Positions 1 to 14,109 of a stretch of 64,000 nucleotides of DNA are shown here, piece by piece. The DNA comes from Octopus vulgaris. Taxonomy: Eukaryota. The DNA is taken from the NCBI GenBank assembly GCA_951406725.2, contig OX597814.1, forward strand, positions 40,238,001 to 40,302,000, written 5' to 3'. The position numbers and the translations under genes are program-made. How positions within the stretch are numbered: position 1 is the stretch's first letter; each line of letters starts with the position of its first letter. The notes beneath the pieces were generated by a model. The model was not told the DNA's origin. It did not search any database and saw only the letters and a program-made list of their open reading frames with translations.

Positions 1-1904
1 CCTCAAATTCGTATTACATACTGAGCATGTTTTAAACTGTTAAATTTTCTGTGTAAAATAGACAGTGTAGATAAATTTCATTTTATACTTATTAGCAACA
101 ACTCAATTAGAAATATTCAAATTTTACTTTTCTAGGAACAATGTCACAACTGTGTAGAAAAGGCATGAACATTTATATTGTTGTTATGGCGTACGGTATC
201 ACTGTTCGCTCTTGGAAGCATGTAAACTAACCGGTCTGGGTATTTTTGTAATACAAGGCAACTGCAGTTTTAGCATTTTGTACAAGTATATATTCTCTTA
301 TTTATTATTTGCTTAAGTTTAATTGCACTTACATTTACTTTAAATATTTAACCGCTGTTGTTTGCAACATTCATCCGCATATCGGCCATTCATATTATTT
401 CAGATTCTTGGTCTATTATTGGAAACGATATTTTTTTTTGCTTTCTCTAAGCACTATTAATAAAATATGAGACCAAATACTACATTCGATTTCGATTCTT
501 AATTCAATTTGTCAGTAACTTATATGCTAACAATTTGCAAGATTCTCAATCTCGCAAATGTAATGCATTTTAATTGCAACACAAGAATAACCTTGATAAT
601 ATTTCTAAATATTTTGGATGTAAAGTTTCAAACAATTTTAACGTAGTTCTCGGAAACGAAGAAGAACAAGAAGAGTGAACTGAGACATGTCAATGTCAAC
701 ACTTTTTTGTAATAAAAGTTGAAGTTATGAATACTTTTTCAATTCTCAGAAATACTCACGCATCTAAAAATTCATGTGACTACATCAAAAACATACACAT
801 TCAGTTTTGTGGCGGAGTTTAATTAGACTGTTGAACGAGGAGAATTTCTTTCAATAAAACAATTTAAATATTTCAATCAGAAATGTCATACCTGTCTTAC
901 TTTTATATTTACATTGAATGGGAGAAAATGATGAATAAACATCTAAGATAGCTAAAACAAAAATAAGAGAAAGACACTGGAGGAAAATTGAAATAAAAAT
1001 GTAAAATTCACGAAGATGAAAAATATTTTTACGTGTATTATTGTAAATATAACAAAGAGAAAATTAATTAAGTTTTGAAACAACTATGACACATTAACTT
1101 GTAATTAATTTTCATGGAAGAAATTGCCTCTGGTGACTATATATTAGCAAAAAAAATGTATGTTACGTTGAGGCAATATTAATGTGTTATTCTTTCATTA
1201 TTTTCTTTTCTTTTCGCCGTTTTTCTGAAGTTATTACAAGCAATTAGATGAGAATATGAATTCATCTTTCCGTTGTAGAAGTAAGATGACTGATTCTTTG
1301 ACTAAATTCAAGCAATGCTACATATACAATTTTATTGTTTTCAATTTTTTCTGGTTTGCAAGTTTTAATGATATTTTCTATATATTTCATTGTTGTCTGC
1401 GAAAGTACATGCCTATTGCGACGTAACCAACTCTCATTCATATCAATAATTATATCAGAAGCATTTACTATGATGTCAAGGCAATCCATTTTAATTTAGA
1501 ATGCATTAATAATTCTTAATTCCAATAATAATGGAAATAATAATGGTAGAGATATTTCGCAGATAGCTAGAAATGAATCAAAATAAAATGTGAAGGTATG
1601 GTGATACTGATGCTGTGGCTTTGCTGTAATTGATGATAATGATGATGATGATGATGGTGATGGTGACGGCGGCAATGGTGTCGGGGATGTTTAGCATTAT
1701 TATGGTATTACAAAATTCATGAGATTGTTAATGACGTTTCCGAAAGTTGGAAGGAATAAAATATATATAGAAATATAAGAAACTCAGTAAAATACAGCAT
1801 TATAATTATATTTATCTTCACCAATTATGTAAATATCTCTAACGTTGTAGAAGGATACTTTATGGAGTATTTGAAGTTCACTTAAATCAGATTTAAACAC
1901 CGAA

Positions 1905-2020
1905 ATGTAATACAGTTCTATATTTAAGAGATGAGGAATTATGTACCTTATTTACATTTGACGGATATTTGTCTTCATCTTGTTTATTGTTAACACAACG
2001 TTTCGGAAGATATACCCTTA
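1905..2020 (-). mobile_element. Truncated copy of a PLE terminal repeat (same family as 48268-48470); only the 3' half of the hammerhead remains
   Basis: Visible similarity to 48285-48400 (cagttctatatttaagagatgag...acggatatttgtc...acgtttcg..gatatacc). The minus strand reads ccGAAAcgTTgtgtt. Confidence 0.55.
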
Positions 2021-2109
2021 GTTCGAGACACAGTTTTCACTCCCAGTGAGTACAAACTTCAGTAAAACAAATCCTTCAACTTAATTCACTCTCTCCCATA
2101 TTTTTGATC

Positions 2110-2935
2110 TCTAGATTCCTATGAAACTGGTCATCGTAATGCGCGTGGAGGAGTGATTTAGTTTCTTCTGTTTGAGTCTCAAACATAGGTGCAACTATGT
2201 TGTTGGTTTTCTGCTCTACGTTCCTACTACAACATACAAATTTTTACTTTTGAGAATGTACACTCTAACACAGATGATATGGATTATCATTCCTCTTCCA
2301 ATTTCCGTAGATACGCACAACCGTCACGCACACTCGACAGAAAAAAAAACTACCTGCACTGCTTCATTGAACGGGATCCGCTAAAGCATTGTGCAACGGT
2401 TAATATACAAAACTTGTTTCCACAGCAGAAATGTGTAGCAATGATGAAATCTAATCACGTCACGAAACAAATATAGTCAATCCCTCGCTAGATATTTCCC
2501 AGTCATTCAATATTTTAGAATCACTATCTACGAGGACATCACTTTGGGAAATGCTGCATCTCAAAGTTTAGGCGAGCTCTTCAAGAACAAGAATTGCAAC
2601 CTCTTCCTACAGTTATTGATGTTGTACAAAGCCAAGTGAGACGGCAAATGAGGTATTGCTTACACATCGGGAATAGTGTTTCTACTAAAATCATAGACAT
2701 TCAGGATTGCGTCACTCACTGAATCGTCTCAAGCTCTGGACTATAGATGTGCTGTTTATTTCTTAGATCATTCTATGGATTACTGCTGCAGTAAACACCT
2801 TTTTGGACAAGAAAGTGTTACTGAACTCTATTTTCTACTCAGGAAATCCTGTAGAGCGTCCTTTTTTTCATCTTAGTATATCGGCATCAAATCCCACCAG
2901 ACTCTGCATTTATCTATATGCCATGAACATAAGCA
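2110..2935 (+). pseudogene. Decayed CR1/L2-group LINE reverse-transcriptase C-terminal fragment
   Basis: Frame-broken translation gives NVHSNTDD (YADD-like), then LYKA(Q)VRRQMRYCLHIG, resembling the CR1/L2-type LYKAQVRPHMEYCSHIW motif. Many stops and frameshifts. Confidence 0.5.
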
Positions 2936-2957
2936 TTTGAATATATTTTCTGATCAA

Positions 2958-3250
2958 AGGCGGCGAGCTTGCAGAAGCGTTAGCACACGGGCGAAATGCC
3001 TAGCGATATTTCGCCTGCCATTACGTTCTAAGTTCAAATTCCGCCGAGGTCGACTTTGCCTTTCATCCTTTCGGGGTCGATTAAATAAGTACCAGATACG
3101 CACTGGTGTCGATACAATCGACTTAATCCGTGTGCCTGTCCTTGTTTGTCCTTGTTTGTCCTCTCTGTGTTTAGCCCCTTGTAGATAGTAAAGAAATAGG
3201 TATTTCATCTTCAGCTACGTTCTGAGTTCAAATTACACCGAGGTCGATTT
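2958..3250 (+). mobile_element. tRNA-derived SINE, family B
   Basis: tRNA-like head (ggcggcgagcttgcagaagcgttagc...gttcaaattcc, box-B-like) and central motif gcctttcatcctttcggggtcgat-aaataagtacc, which resembles the MetaSINE domain. The box-B region is partly duplicated at 3215-3250. Decayed relatives at ~5868-6050, ~20030-20230 (-) and ~26490-26680. Confidence 0.7.
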
Positions 3251-3259
3251 TGAGAATGA

Positions 3260-4740
3260 CTTGGAAATGTTGTTGCCATCGTGTTATAATGTGATTAATA
3301 TATTTGAGGTTGTTATTGAAAGATTTCATATATGTGGCCATTGTTGTTATGTGTAGCTAAATAATCTAGTGTTTTACTCTTAGTTTTCTAATTTATGTTG
3401 GACACAAAATTTACAACCTATCTGCATTTCTATGGCTTATTTTGTTTGTTATTTGTGTATTCGTTGTTCAATCCAGAATTTTATTTCAAAATGAGTGGAT
3501 TATTTTGTCTGGGGTTTTCAGTAAGTTTTAATCAGATTGACGGACGATTTTGTGTAATTGGACTTGTATTTTTCATTTGCTGTTCTGAAAGATATACAAG
3601 TTCCACGGCTTTATAAGGATTTTCAGTAAAGCCCCTTATTCAAACTGTTAATAGCTTTGTGGTGAATACTTGAAAATTTAATTCAAAATTGCTTTTTGTT
3701 TGGCTGTTTTAAATTTTTTGAAATTGATCATACTTTGATGAACGTGCTAGTTTATGTGAAGATAAAAATATACAGAGTATACGAGGAATATTGAGAATGC
3801 ATTTATTGATTCTGGTTTCTGTGTGTGTGGAGAATATGATGTGTATGAAAGATTTGAAGCTGATGGGAGGAATATTTGACTTGGTGTGGTATATACGGAA
3901 TATGTATATCCAGTTTCGTAGGATGTGTTAAGGTCATTGACATCATTCTTCTTCTAAGCAAATGCCAAATTGCTTAAGTTCTCAAGCCAATTGCTGTTTA
4001 AAATGACTGCTCTCAAATATCTGACAGCATCAGCATCGCAAAATTTATGGAGTTTTATATAACGATTAATGAGTGGCTGTAAAATTAGAAATATATATTC
4101 ATATAGGATTTTGGAAATCAATTGTACATTTCACAATACTAAATTTTCCTCACAAATGTTTCCTTATAATTTATCCAGTATGCTGGTATTTCAAAAATAT
4201 ATCTTGGAGTGGATACCGTTCTCTGTATAGTTACGGACTGCCCTTTGACAAAGGATAGTGCTCGTTCAGCCATTCCGCCACGGATACGGTGAAATCAGGG
4301 AACTGGAGCAAGGCGGATTATGAAAAGGCAGCTGAAGAGCTCAGCAGTGCAATCGCTGCGCCTTATGTTGATAAATTGCGGTGGAATCCTAGATCAACAG
4401 TCAGGCTCACCAACCTATATCAAAAGATAACTGCAACGCGTTAATAGAAACGGCGTCAGTGGTAGTGTGTGCAATCAGCTAAGGACATATTCATTGAGGC
4501 TTAAGCTTGTTAAAGGTTGTATGATCAGCTAATGAGAGACGCCCTAAGACTCAAACTTGAAACAGGGTGGTGATCCTGATCGTTGATCTTGTAGGATCCC
4601 TCCTCCCGTCATCAATGTAAGGAGCATCGTTGGATCTGTTGACCTGTACCATTACCTCTTCATAACCTGTCATGCTGTAGTCCAATGACTGGGTGGCGTC
4701 AGAGCAACACGTGTGCATGCAGTGCTACTAAAATCCACAC
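3260..4740 (-). pseudogene. Heavily decayed RTE-like LINE remnant (AP-endonuclease-like part 4200-4740, RT C-terminal-like part 3260-4000)
   Basis: GC-richer island with weak motif remnants on the minus strand (GDFNA-like, HPRSK-like, KxxVYxAV-like). No intact ORF. Confidence 0.3.
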
Positions 4741-7288
4741 ACCCAAAACTAAAAATAATTATACTTTTAATTACTAACATAAAGTCGATATTTAGAGGCA
4801 ATTTCTATAGTTATAATGATCTACAGCTTTACTACGTTTATTATTCTCAAATTTTGTGCTCGTTATTATTTCACCTTTTTCATTCTTCACGTGCATATAT
4901 GATATGGAAAGTAACTCTAATAATTTTGCTTGTTCTATTATTTATCTATATATGGTACGATTTACATGTATTAGTATTTAAGTACACTTTGTTATTTGTA
5001 GCATTTGTTTTTTTATGCATGCCTTCATTATTAATACAAAATCAGCATCTTATAATATTTATGCTTGTCATTCCGTTATTCAGCCAGTCGGTAACGCTTT
5101 CACATGATTAGAGAAAAAGAGGAAGAAAGTAAAGTTGGGGAGAGATAAAGCAGAGAAAGAGAAAAAGGAAAGATATGTGTCCATGATGTGAGGTAGGAAG
5201 AACGTAATATTTATTATGTGGTTAAAAAAGTTAGTTGAAGTTAGTGATGATATAGAGGAAGACAGTTAAAAATAGACGTTTAACAGAAGAGCAATGTTTT
5301 GAAGCTGAGGCTAAAGAAAGGCAGAGACAGAGAGAGGGAGAGAGAGAAGAAGAAGAGAGAATTGGGGGAGAAAGAGAGATGATAATGGTGGTGGTGGAGG
5401 AGGTGATAATAGAGGAAGATATGGTGGTGATTGGATAATGAAATGTTTATCTTTTAAAAATTGAGCTACTTTCATTTTATAAAACCTATCATGTAACGCA
5501 TGAAATATTTCGTGAAATATTCGTGAAATATTCCCGCTTTTTTACGTGGCAGATATATGCAATTTAATTAAAGGTTGTATCATATGTACAGGATTGTTTT
5601 TTTTTTTTTTGGTTATTGGGAAAATAAGTGTGAATAGTTATTTTACGTGTGCTGTGTATCAAATATATAAAATTGTGCATAAATATATAGTGTATATATA
5701 AAATGCATTAAGCAATCATCGTATTCCAATTTCTTTCACTTTTCAGTAGGCAGTAGATGAGCGACTAGCATTCCATACAGACACAACACAGGCTTAGCTT
5801 TCAGGCTTTATGGATACATTTTTCAGAAATAACCGAATACCTTTACCTCTAGTCATTAATGTCAGTAAGGCTGCGAGGTGGTAGATCCGTTACCGTTCCG
5901 GACGAAGTACTTCCTAAGTACAAATGCCACCAAAGTCGCCTCTCCTTTTGATCCTTTGAGAGTCCATAAAATATGGAGCATTGGACATAATGATATTCCA
6001 GGCCTTCTGCCTATAGGCGGCAGAAATATTACCATCAGTATAAAAATCCATGTATAAATAGAAGTTTTAACGAACTAGTATCAAGTGTGCCCTCTTCCAA
6101 CAGGTATAGTCTTATTGCCATTTTTTCTTGTAGTTGTCGTTGTTAATGATGTTGTTGTTGCTGTTGTTATTATTGTTGCTGTCCTTCTCTTCCTCCTTCT
6201 TGTTCTTCTTCTTCCAATCCGCCTAGTGCCCCTCTCCCTTGTCCTCGTCACTACCGTCGTCGTCATAATCTTCCTCTTCCTTCTCCTCCAAACTGATCCG
6301 TATTCCTGCCCTCCTTCTCACCCCACGTCGTCGTTGTCCACTTGCTCTTCCTCCGTCTCCTCCACCACCGCTCCTTCCTTTCTTCGCTTCCCATCTCCCG
6401 CTCCTTCTACTTCTTCAGCACACTGGACAAGGTCTTTATCAATACATTTTTAAGCCCTTTACGCTATAGGTTCATATTTTACTAAGATCGAATTTGCCTT
6501 AGGTTCTTCGGGCGTTGCTAAAGTAAAGGACTAGTCTTACTAGTCCAGCTCAATCACCTCTCAACCTACCATTACGCTTAGCTCATGCAACATTTTGTGT
6601 TATATCTTACTGTATGTTTGGTGCTCTTCTCCTTGATTAGACTTCGTAAGTCGAAACAACGCAAATTCATATGTGTAGCATTAAAGGTATTCTCATGCCA
6701 TAGAGTCCTGGATACATTTCCCTTCCGTCTGCGTGGAAGGTATCGTTTCCAACTACCTCAGTCTCATTAGATTATTTTACCGTTATTTAAATGATTAATA
6801 TTATATTCATATTGTATTCTGTTTACGTTTTTCTCTCTATATAAAATTAATGTGTTATATGCTATTCTTCATTTATCAATACTAATTCTATCATTCTCAT
6901 AACAGGCAGCATAACCCTCTTCATCTGTGTCACCTTCGCCATTACCACCAGTATAAACATCTTTCCATGACATTTGTTTATTTCAGTTTGCTAATTTATG
7001 TTTGCTTTTGTGTTTGTTTCTTATTTGCCACTAATTTCATCATGTCAGTTTTTAATAATTTGTCGAAATACTACAAAACAATTTGAAATTATGGACATCT
7101 TCGTGAGAAAAATGACAAGTTGGCATTAGCTTCTTTCTTAATCAAATGGATATTCGAAATTGCTTAAAAGCGTGTCACGGTTGTTTTTAATATTTATATA
7201 TTAATTTAAAGAACGAATGTGTCACTTGTATGATTAAAACATTTCTCAATTAATTAAGGTTCATAATCAATATTGCTTTGTTTTGCAG

Positions 7289-7333
7289 AATCAATTTCAA
7301 GAAGGGGAATATGAATTGTAACTTGGCATAATG
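7289..7333 (+). other. Candidate 45-nt exon ending in ATG (possible 5'UTR/start-codon exon)
   Basis: Acceptor tattgctttgttttgcag| and consensus donor ATG|gtaagt. All three frames contain a stop before the terminal ATG. Confidence 0.3.
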
Positions 7334-7424
7334 GTAAGTTCCCAAGGAATGGTAGGTGCGATATAAAACACGTATTTATTTCTATAAGTATAAGAATAAC
7401 ACAATTTTTTTGACCTTGCAATAT

Positions 7425-7666
7425 CTTTTTATTCTTTTATTTGTTTCAGTAATGTGACTGCGGCTATGCCAGAGCAACGCCTTTTGTCGAGAAAATCGAC
7501 CCCATGACTTATTCTTTGTAAGCCGAGTAATCATTCTATCGGTATCTTTTTCTAAATGCTAAATTATGGGAAGAGAAACAAACCAGCATCCGTTGCCAAC
7601 CAATGTTGGGGATATAAACAGACACAGAACTATATATACACCTATATATACATATGAATATATATA

Positions 7667-7746
<80 letters not shown>

Positions 7747-7761
7747 TGAAAGAAGCCCGTC

Positions 7762-7763
<2 letters not shown>
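7425..7763 (-). mobile_element. SINE family A, partial (3' half plus internal (TA)n)
   Basis: Matches the copy at 32832-33268 (ttgtttcagt..tgactgcggc.atgc..gagca.cgcc...acttattctttgtaagcc). Confidence 0.75.
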
Positions 7764-7798
<35 letters not shown>

Positions 7799-7850
7799 AA
7801 CTAATGAATACAGTTGAGTTTGTGCATGTGTGCGTATGCGCATTTTAATG

Positions 7851-7909
7851 CCTGCAGGTGCCTGCATGTGCCTGCATGTGCCTGCATGTGCCTGCATGTG
7901 CCTGCATGT
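7851..7909. repeat. Tandem 10-bp repeat (cctgcatgtg) x6
   Basis: Seen directly in the sequence. Confidence 0.9.
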
Positions 7910-8324
7910 TCATCCAAGTCTATATGCGTGAATGTGCAGACGTGCGCGTCCACGCACATGTAGAAATGCACAAACTCGCATCAGTACACATATGCACGCA
8001 AATTTATATGAGCACGTCTACACACCCATATATAGAACTATTACCTGGACATGCCACCCCTTCCTACTTCACCCCAATAACCTAAACGATTTCCTATCCA
8101 CCGCATGGTCGTTTTCCTCTCCTGCACGTGATCAATTTCATGTTCACCATTCGGTATTTTCCAACTAATTGTTACCCATTAACCTACATCTAACCACGAC
8201 ACCGCGTTACCTTCCTCGATCAATTGCAGCCCACGTTAAGCTAATAACAATCAACTTCATTCAAATTGAAAACAGTTGATGACTAGTACCAACGAATTTG
8301 AATCAATTTGTTTTGATTTATATA

Positions 8325-8365
<41 letters not shown>

Positions 8366-8399
8366 CTTGATTTACTGACATTAAACAGTTGGTATGCAT

Positions 8400-9060
8400 C
8401 ACTCACTGTCGTACGGTCAGTTTTTTCATAACTTTAGTTGGTTGTGCTAAGAGTTTAGAAGTATTATCTGAATCCGACGATGCTTGTAAACCAGTAACAA
8501 ATGTAGGACTTAAACGGAATATGATTCAATCAATTCAAATTGAAGTGTTCGTATTTGCGATTTACTTCACCGGCATAGCTGACAAAATCCTCCTTATTGG
8601 ACTTGGTTAATTCTAAAACAATTGCATCCAATGTGAAACTAAATTGAGTCTGCAGTAAAAATCTTTTTAAGGTATTTCAACTGTCCCATTGAAATTGATG
8701 TATCGAGAATTCTTCTGTAGAATACATTTGATATATTTCATGCGTTCGTTAGATTCGAGCTTAGTTAATAGTAATCTGACCTTCGCATGCACGTCACGAT
8801 TCAAAAATTTTACTCGAAAATCATCTTTGAAAGGTGCGAACCATGAGTCAAATGTGATATCAGCAAATGTATCAAATGTAATGTCTGTAATGGAATTTGA
8901 AAGTGCTGGATATTTGTCACCAATTCAGTTGATAGATTATTTTGAGTTAGTAATTCAAAAGACTTAAACTGTGCTGCCTGAAATTGTTTCTGTCGACGTT
9001 CGAGAAGCGTTTTTATTTGCTGAAAAGAAGTAGCCATTTTACCTCATCCGCGTAGCATTT
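8400..9060 (-). pseudogene. Gypsy/Ty3 LTR-retrotransposon gag relic
   Basis: Minus strand MATSFQQIKTLLERRQKQFQ..., then frameshifted ITFDSWFAPFKDDFRVKF...AKVRLLLTKL...FVTGLQASSD, typical of invertebrate Gypsy gag. A degenerate PBS-like sequence (..gatgaggtaaa) precedes the ATG. Confidence 0.7.
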
Positions 9061-10684
9061 TTTGTAACTGTAACGTGAATTGTTATTTGAGTCTTGAGGA
9101 CTAGACTAATAAAATATAACTCACTAAATTCCAAGAAAGTGGAAAAGAACGCGTAACCTGTTTTACATCTCCCACCATCACCACCAAAAAAAAATGATAT
9201 CATAACAGGCAAATAAAAAAATTGCACCGGCAAAACTCAGATATGGAGCAGAGACTGACTTCCAGTTTTGCGACAAATTGAACTCTGCATCCACGTGCTT
9301 ACTCCTAACAATAAATTCTTCAGATATATTACCTTTCGCCCGTAAACAAAATTAGGGTATTGTAATCACTGGTCGTTGTCTGTTTGTCTGTTTTTGCCAA
9401 CCACTGGATTTTCACCAAATTTAGGAGAAATACTCATTGGGTGAGTGCCTCAAAATGATGAATATTCGGTTTGATTATCTACAAACAACGTACATAGATA
9501 CATTGTTATGCAACTCTGTGTATGAGTGTGTATGTGCGTGCGTGCGTGTGTGTATTTGTATTTGTGTATGTGTGTATGTGTGTGTGTGTGTGTGTGTGAG
9601 TAGGTTTAGTAATGGATCCGAGGGTTTCGTTTGTTTGTGAGTTGATTTGATCTCACCAGAGTATGAATACCTATACTGTTGAAGTACTTCACAAAACCTA
9701 TGCGATATTTTCTATATGTATTTGATTTTCTTGACATTTTTCTTATGAATCACCCCTCGATTTCGTGTGTATAAACCATGTTGTACCTATGCGCGTAGAC
9801 ATGTGTGGTTCCATTCATACATATAGAAATGCATATATGTGACAGTGTGTGTGTATGTGAGTGTATGTGTATGTGTGTATATATGTGTGTGTGTGTACAG
9901 GGATGGATTCGAATGTTTCATTGATTTACGAGTTGACTTCGTAATTTCACGGTGTATAAATACCTATAACAGTGATACTTAAAAACAAAAAGAAACGAAT
10001 TCCGTTCAATTAAAAAGCATGGTAAGAAACGCATTGTAACCCACACTATAATTTCCGAAAAATATTTAATTGCCCGCAAATTATGCATCGCCCCTACGAT
10101 GTCTTTTATTTCTCATTCACACTTTAATCAGCCAGTCTCCGAAGCTCGTCGTTAATGAACATGCCCGTTTAGTCTTTTAGGTGAGGAAATTATTTCACTT
10201 GGCTCCATTCCATGCTCTGCAACATGCGGGAATGCGTAACCCATGTCTTGGAACTCAAAATTAATCACGTTCCGTATGCATAGGCCACAGAGCAATTTGC
10301 TATTTAGCCCATAACTAGGGCCCTTAACAGCTACAGTTATTGAGATAGTTTTAATAATTATCAGAAGAAATGAGTGCATTAAGTTTAAGTGCCTCTCATA
10401 GATTCTTTCTGTGTCAAGCCATTTCTGAGTGTTAATTCACCTTACTTCGTTTTAACTATCGATTCATAAAATAATCGTTTCCCTAAATACAGAAGATAAA
10501 TGAATGAAAAATTTCAGAATATAGAAGATTAATGAATGAAAAATTTCAAAATGCACTAGAAATATTCAAAGATATGCATCAACATGTGCAAAGCGAATGG
10601 ATGACTTAAAAAATGTAAGCACAGATATCTTTAAAATATAAAATTTTAAGGTGTACAAAGCTATAAGCCGCTGCTTATACTCTC

Positions 10685-10890
10685 CTTTCTCTCTTTTAAT
10701 TGTTTCAGTTATTTGAATGCGCGGCCATGCTGGAGCACCGCCTTTAGTCGAGCAATCGACACCAGGATCTATTCTTTAAAAGCCTAGTATTATTCTATCG
10801 GTCTCCCTTGCCGAGCCGCTAGGTTACGGGGACGTAAACACACCAGCATAGGTGTCAAGCGATATTGGGGGGACAAACACAGACACACAC

Positions 10891-10900
<10 letters not shown>
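10685..10900 (-). mobile_element. SINE family A, 3' half (interrupted at its internal microsatellite)
   Basis: Collinear with 32832-33060. The missing 5' half resumes at 17855. Confidence 0.85.
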
Positions 10901-10937
<37 letters not shown>

Positions 10938-11003
10938 GGTCCCGGGTTGATTCGGGGTTAACCACAGTAAGTAAGGTACTCAATACATAGCAGAGTAAAA
11001 TTA

Positions 11004-11386
11004 ATTTATTATATAGAAGGAGCTTCTACAGGACTAGTACTGTTTCATTCAAGAGAAATCTTCAGGAAGCTATTTAACAAGAATTGTATTAGCATTTATA
11101 CATTTAGGCAGGTTTAAAGGAGTGGTGGTGGGGGACTTTTTGGGGGTAGGCATAGCGCAAAATATCATACTTGGGGGAGTGGTCAAGGAGTCAGTGGTAA
11201 GTTAGATGAAAGAATAGATAAATAAAAAAATAAAAAAATAAAAAATATATATAAAAAATATATATATATAAAAATATATATATAAAAAAAGGGGGGATAG
11301 AGTTATAGGTAAATAAGGAGATTCTCACTTATACCTATACACACATGTATACGTATCTACACACACATACATACACATATATATAT

Positions 11387-11433
<47 letters not shown>

Positions 11434-11737
11434 CACACATACATACCTATCTACATACACACATACATACACCCGCCCACATATACAAATTTATACACAT
11501 GCACATGCCTATACCTGTCTACACATACACACACGTATATATGCATACACTCACTCCCATGCATGCACGCATACACACATGTATATATATATATATATAC
11601 CCACGACCACACATACATATATACACAGAAAAATATATATTCATACGCACATACACTCATGCACACACAACACACCTAGTTCCCTATATACACATATTTA
11701 CACCTATATATACATACACCCACATACACCTATGTAC

Positions 11738-11768
<31 letters not shown>

Positions 11769-12294
11769 CACGCATACATATATATCCATACATACATACA
11801 CACATATACATACACATACACATACACATGTGTACCTATACATACCTACACATACACACATACATACATACAAATATATATATATATATATATATATACA
11901 GTCCAATACAGGCCCATTCCCTAATTTTAATTTTATTATCTTCATTTATACTTTTGTTATCTTTGATCGCTAGATCTAAGAATCCTGGCTATGGCTGCAT
12001 GTCCATTTGTCTGTCTACTAGAAGGCAAGTACTCATTCCCGCACGCACACTCATTAGCACGTACATTCACCCATTCGTACACTCATACACATACACGTAC
12101 GCACGCGTTATATTCATACATACAAACATCTACATACGTTCACGTATATACACATACGTACTCGTACCTACAGATTCGTGTCTACACTTTAGGAGGCTAG
12201 TCTATACATATACACCAATAAATATACATATATATATATATACACACACATACATACACACACACACATATATACTCCTACATACAGATACATA

Positions 12295-12340
<46 letters not shown>

Positions 12341-12512
12341 CATACACATACACACATACATATACACACACATACATACACATATATATACATACACAAA
12401 CATATATACACACATATATATACATACACACATACACACATACATACGTATACATACATACATACATCCATACATCCATACTTACATGCATTTATACGCA
12501 TACACACACCCA

Positions 12513-12551
<39 letters not shown>

Positions 12552-12828
12552 TCACACATACATATACAAATCTACGCACACACATACATACATACACGTA
12601 TACACATACACGCACATACACATATACATGCGTACCCATACACGTGCACACACGCACGCGCATCCATATATATACACACACACACATATATATACACGTG
12701 TGCAAGCATACATACATACTCATACGCGCACACATACTTACATATACATATATGCACACACTTACACACATATATATACATACACATATACATGCATACA
12801 TACATATATGCATACATACACACACGCA

Positions 12829-12896
<68 letters not shown>

Positions 12897-13039
12897 CATA
12901 CACATACACATACATACACACATATACACATATATATATATATATATACACCCATACACATACATATATACACATATACATACATATACATACACACACA
13001 CATACATATATACATATACACTGATACACATACCCATAC

Positions 13040-13072
<33 letters not shown>

Positions 13073-13186
13073 TATATACACATGCATATACTTATATCAC
13101 TACATACTCACATATATAAACATATATACATATACACACATACATATATACATGTACATACATATACGTATGTGTATATATATACA

Positions 13187-13236
<50 letters not shown>

Positions 13237-13885
13237 TACATATACACATATACATGTATACATACGCAATAATGATACACATATATACACATACACACAC
13301 ACAGACAGATGCATTTACATACATATATATATATAAATTACATATCTATATAAATACATACATAATACACATATACACACACATATATATACATTCATGC
13401 ATATACATATACAATACAAGTATACATACACATACATACACACACACGCGCACACATACATATACACACACACATATACAAATACATACATACACACATA
13501 CACACACACATATATATACATACATGTACACATATACATATATATATATATATCAACAAGGGAGGGTAAAGTTAATTAGTTATTAATCAATTTCATCAAG
13601 TGTTCAGTATGTAAAGGGACCATTATTATTTTGAGTAAACAATGTTAGAGGGAAAAAATTCTCTAAGTAGTGGAAGAGGCTAAAAACTTTATTGGCTGCT
13701 ATTTCTAGAAAGTTTAGTATGTGGCAAAGTAATTTATTTTATTTTACTAAGCCCTAATTATATAATATTTTATACATACATACACATACATAAACACATA
13801 CATTTACACATACATATGCATATACATATATACACATATACATACAAACACATGTACACATATACACACACACACACATACAAGC

Positions 13886-13926
<41 letters not shown>

Positions 13927-14099
13927 AATATATATACATATATATTTTTACATGCATACATACACACACACACACATAATACATGCGTATATTCCTACTG
14001 TACCCATGCATTTCTATACATATATACATACATACGATACACATATACAAGCGTGCACATATAATATGTGAAAGGTCTTAGGAGAAAAGGTAATCGGGG
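11004..14099 (-). repeat. Left inverted arm (~3.1 kb) of the PLE
   Basis: Reverse complement of 14976-17371. The non-microsatellite islands (e.g. 11900-12220 vs 16160-16483, 13553-13770 vs 15305-15522) read as identical, and the mirrored ORF translations in the ORF track are the same. Confidence 0.95.
11021..11071 (-). ncRNA. Minimal type I hammerhead ribozyme (mirror copy)
   Basis: Exact reverse complement of 17304-17354. Confidence 0.85.
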
Positions 14100-14109
14100 G
14101 TATCTTTAA

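Noticed and set aside
1262-1489. 75-aa protein-like ORF (also 24659-24949, 35470-35664, 47508-47711)
   Set aside because: No recognisable domain and no convincing pair of splice sites; cannot be supported from sequence alone.
6085-6453. Hydrophobic 122-aa membrane-like ORF
   Set aside because: Low-complexity (GTT/CTT/CCT)n sequence.
7851-7909. Regular short repeats as a CRISPR-like array
   Set aside because: No spacers, eukaryotic context; a simple minisatellite.
11345-13586. Long ORFs of 559, 366 and similar lengths (also 15496-16554 and 54971-55408) rich in Y/I/H/T
   Set aside because: Translations of (TA)n/(CA)n microsatellite that lack stop codons by composition; not proteins.
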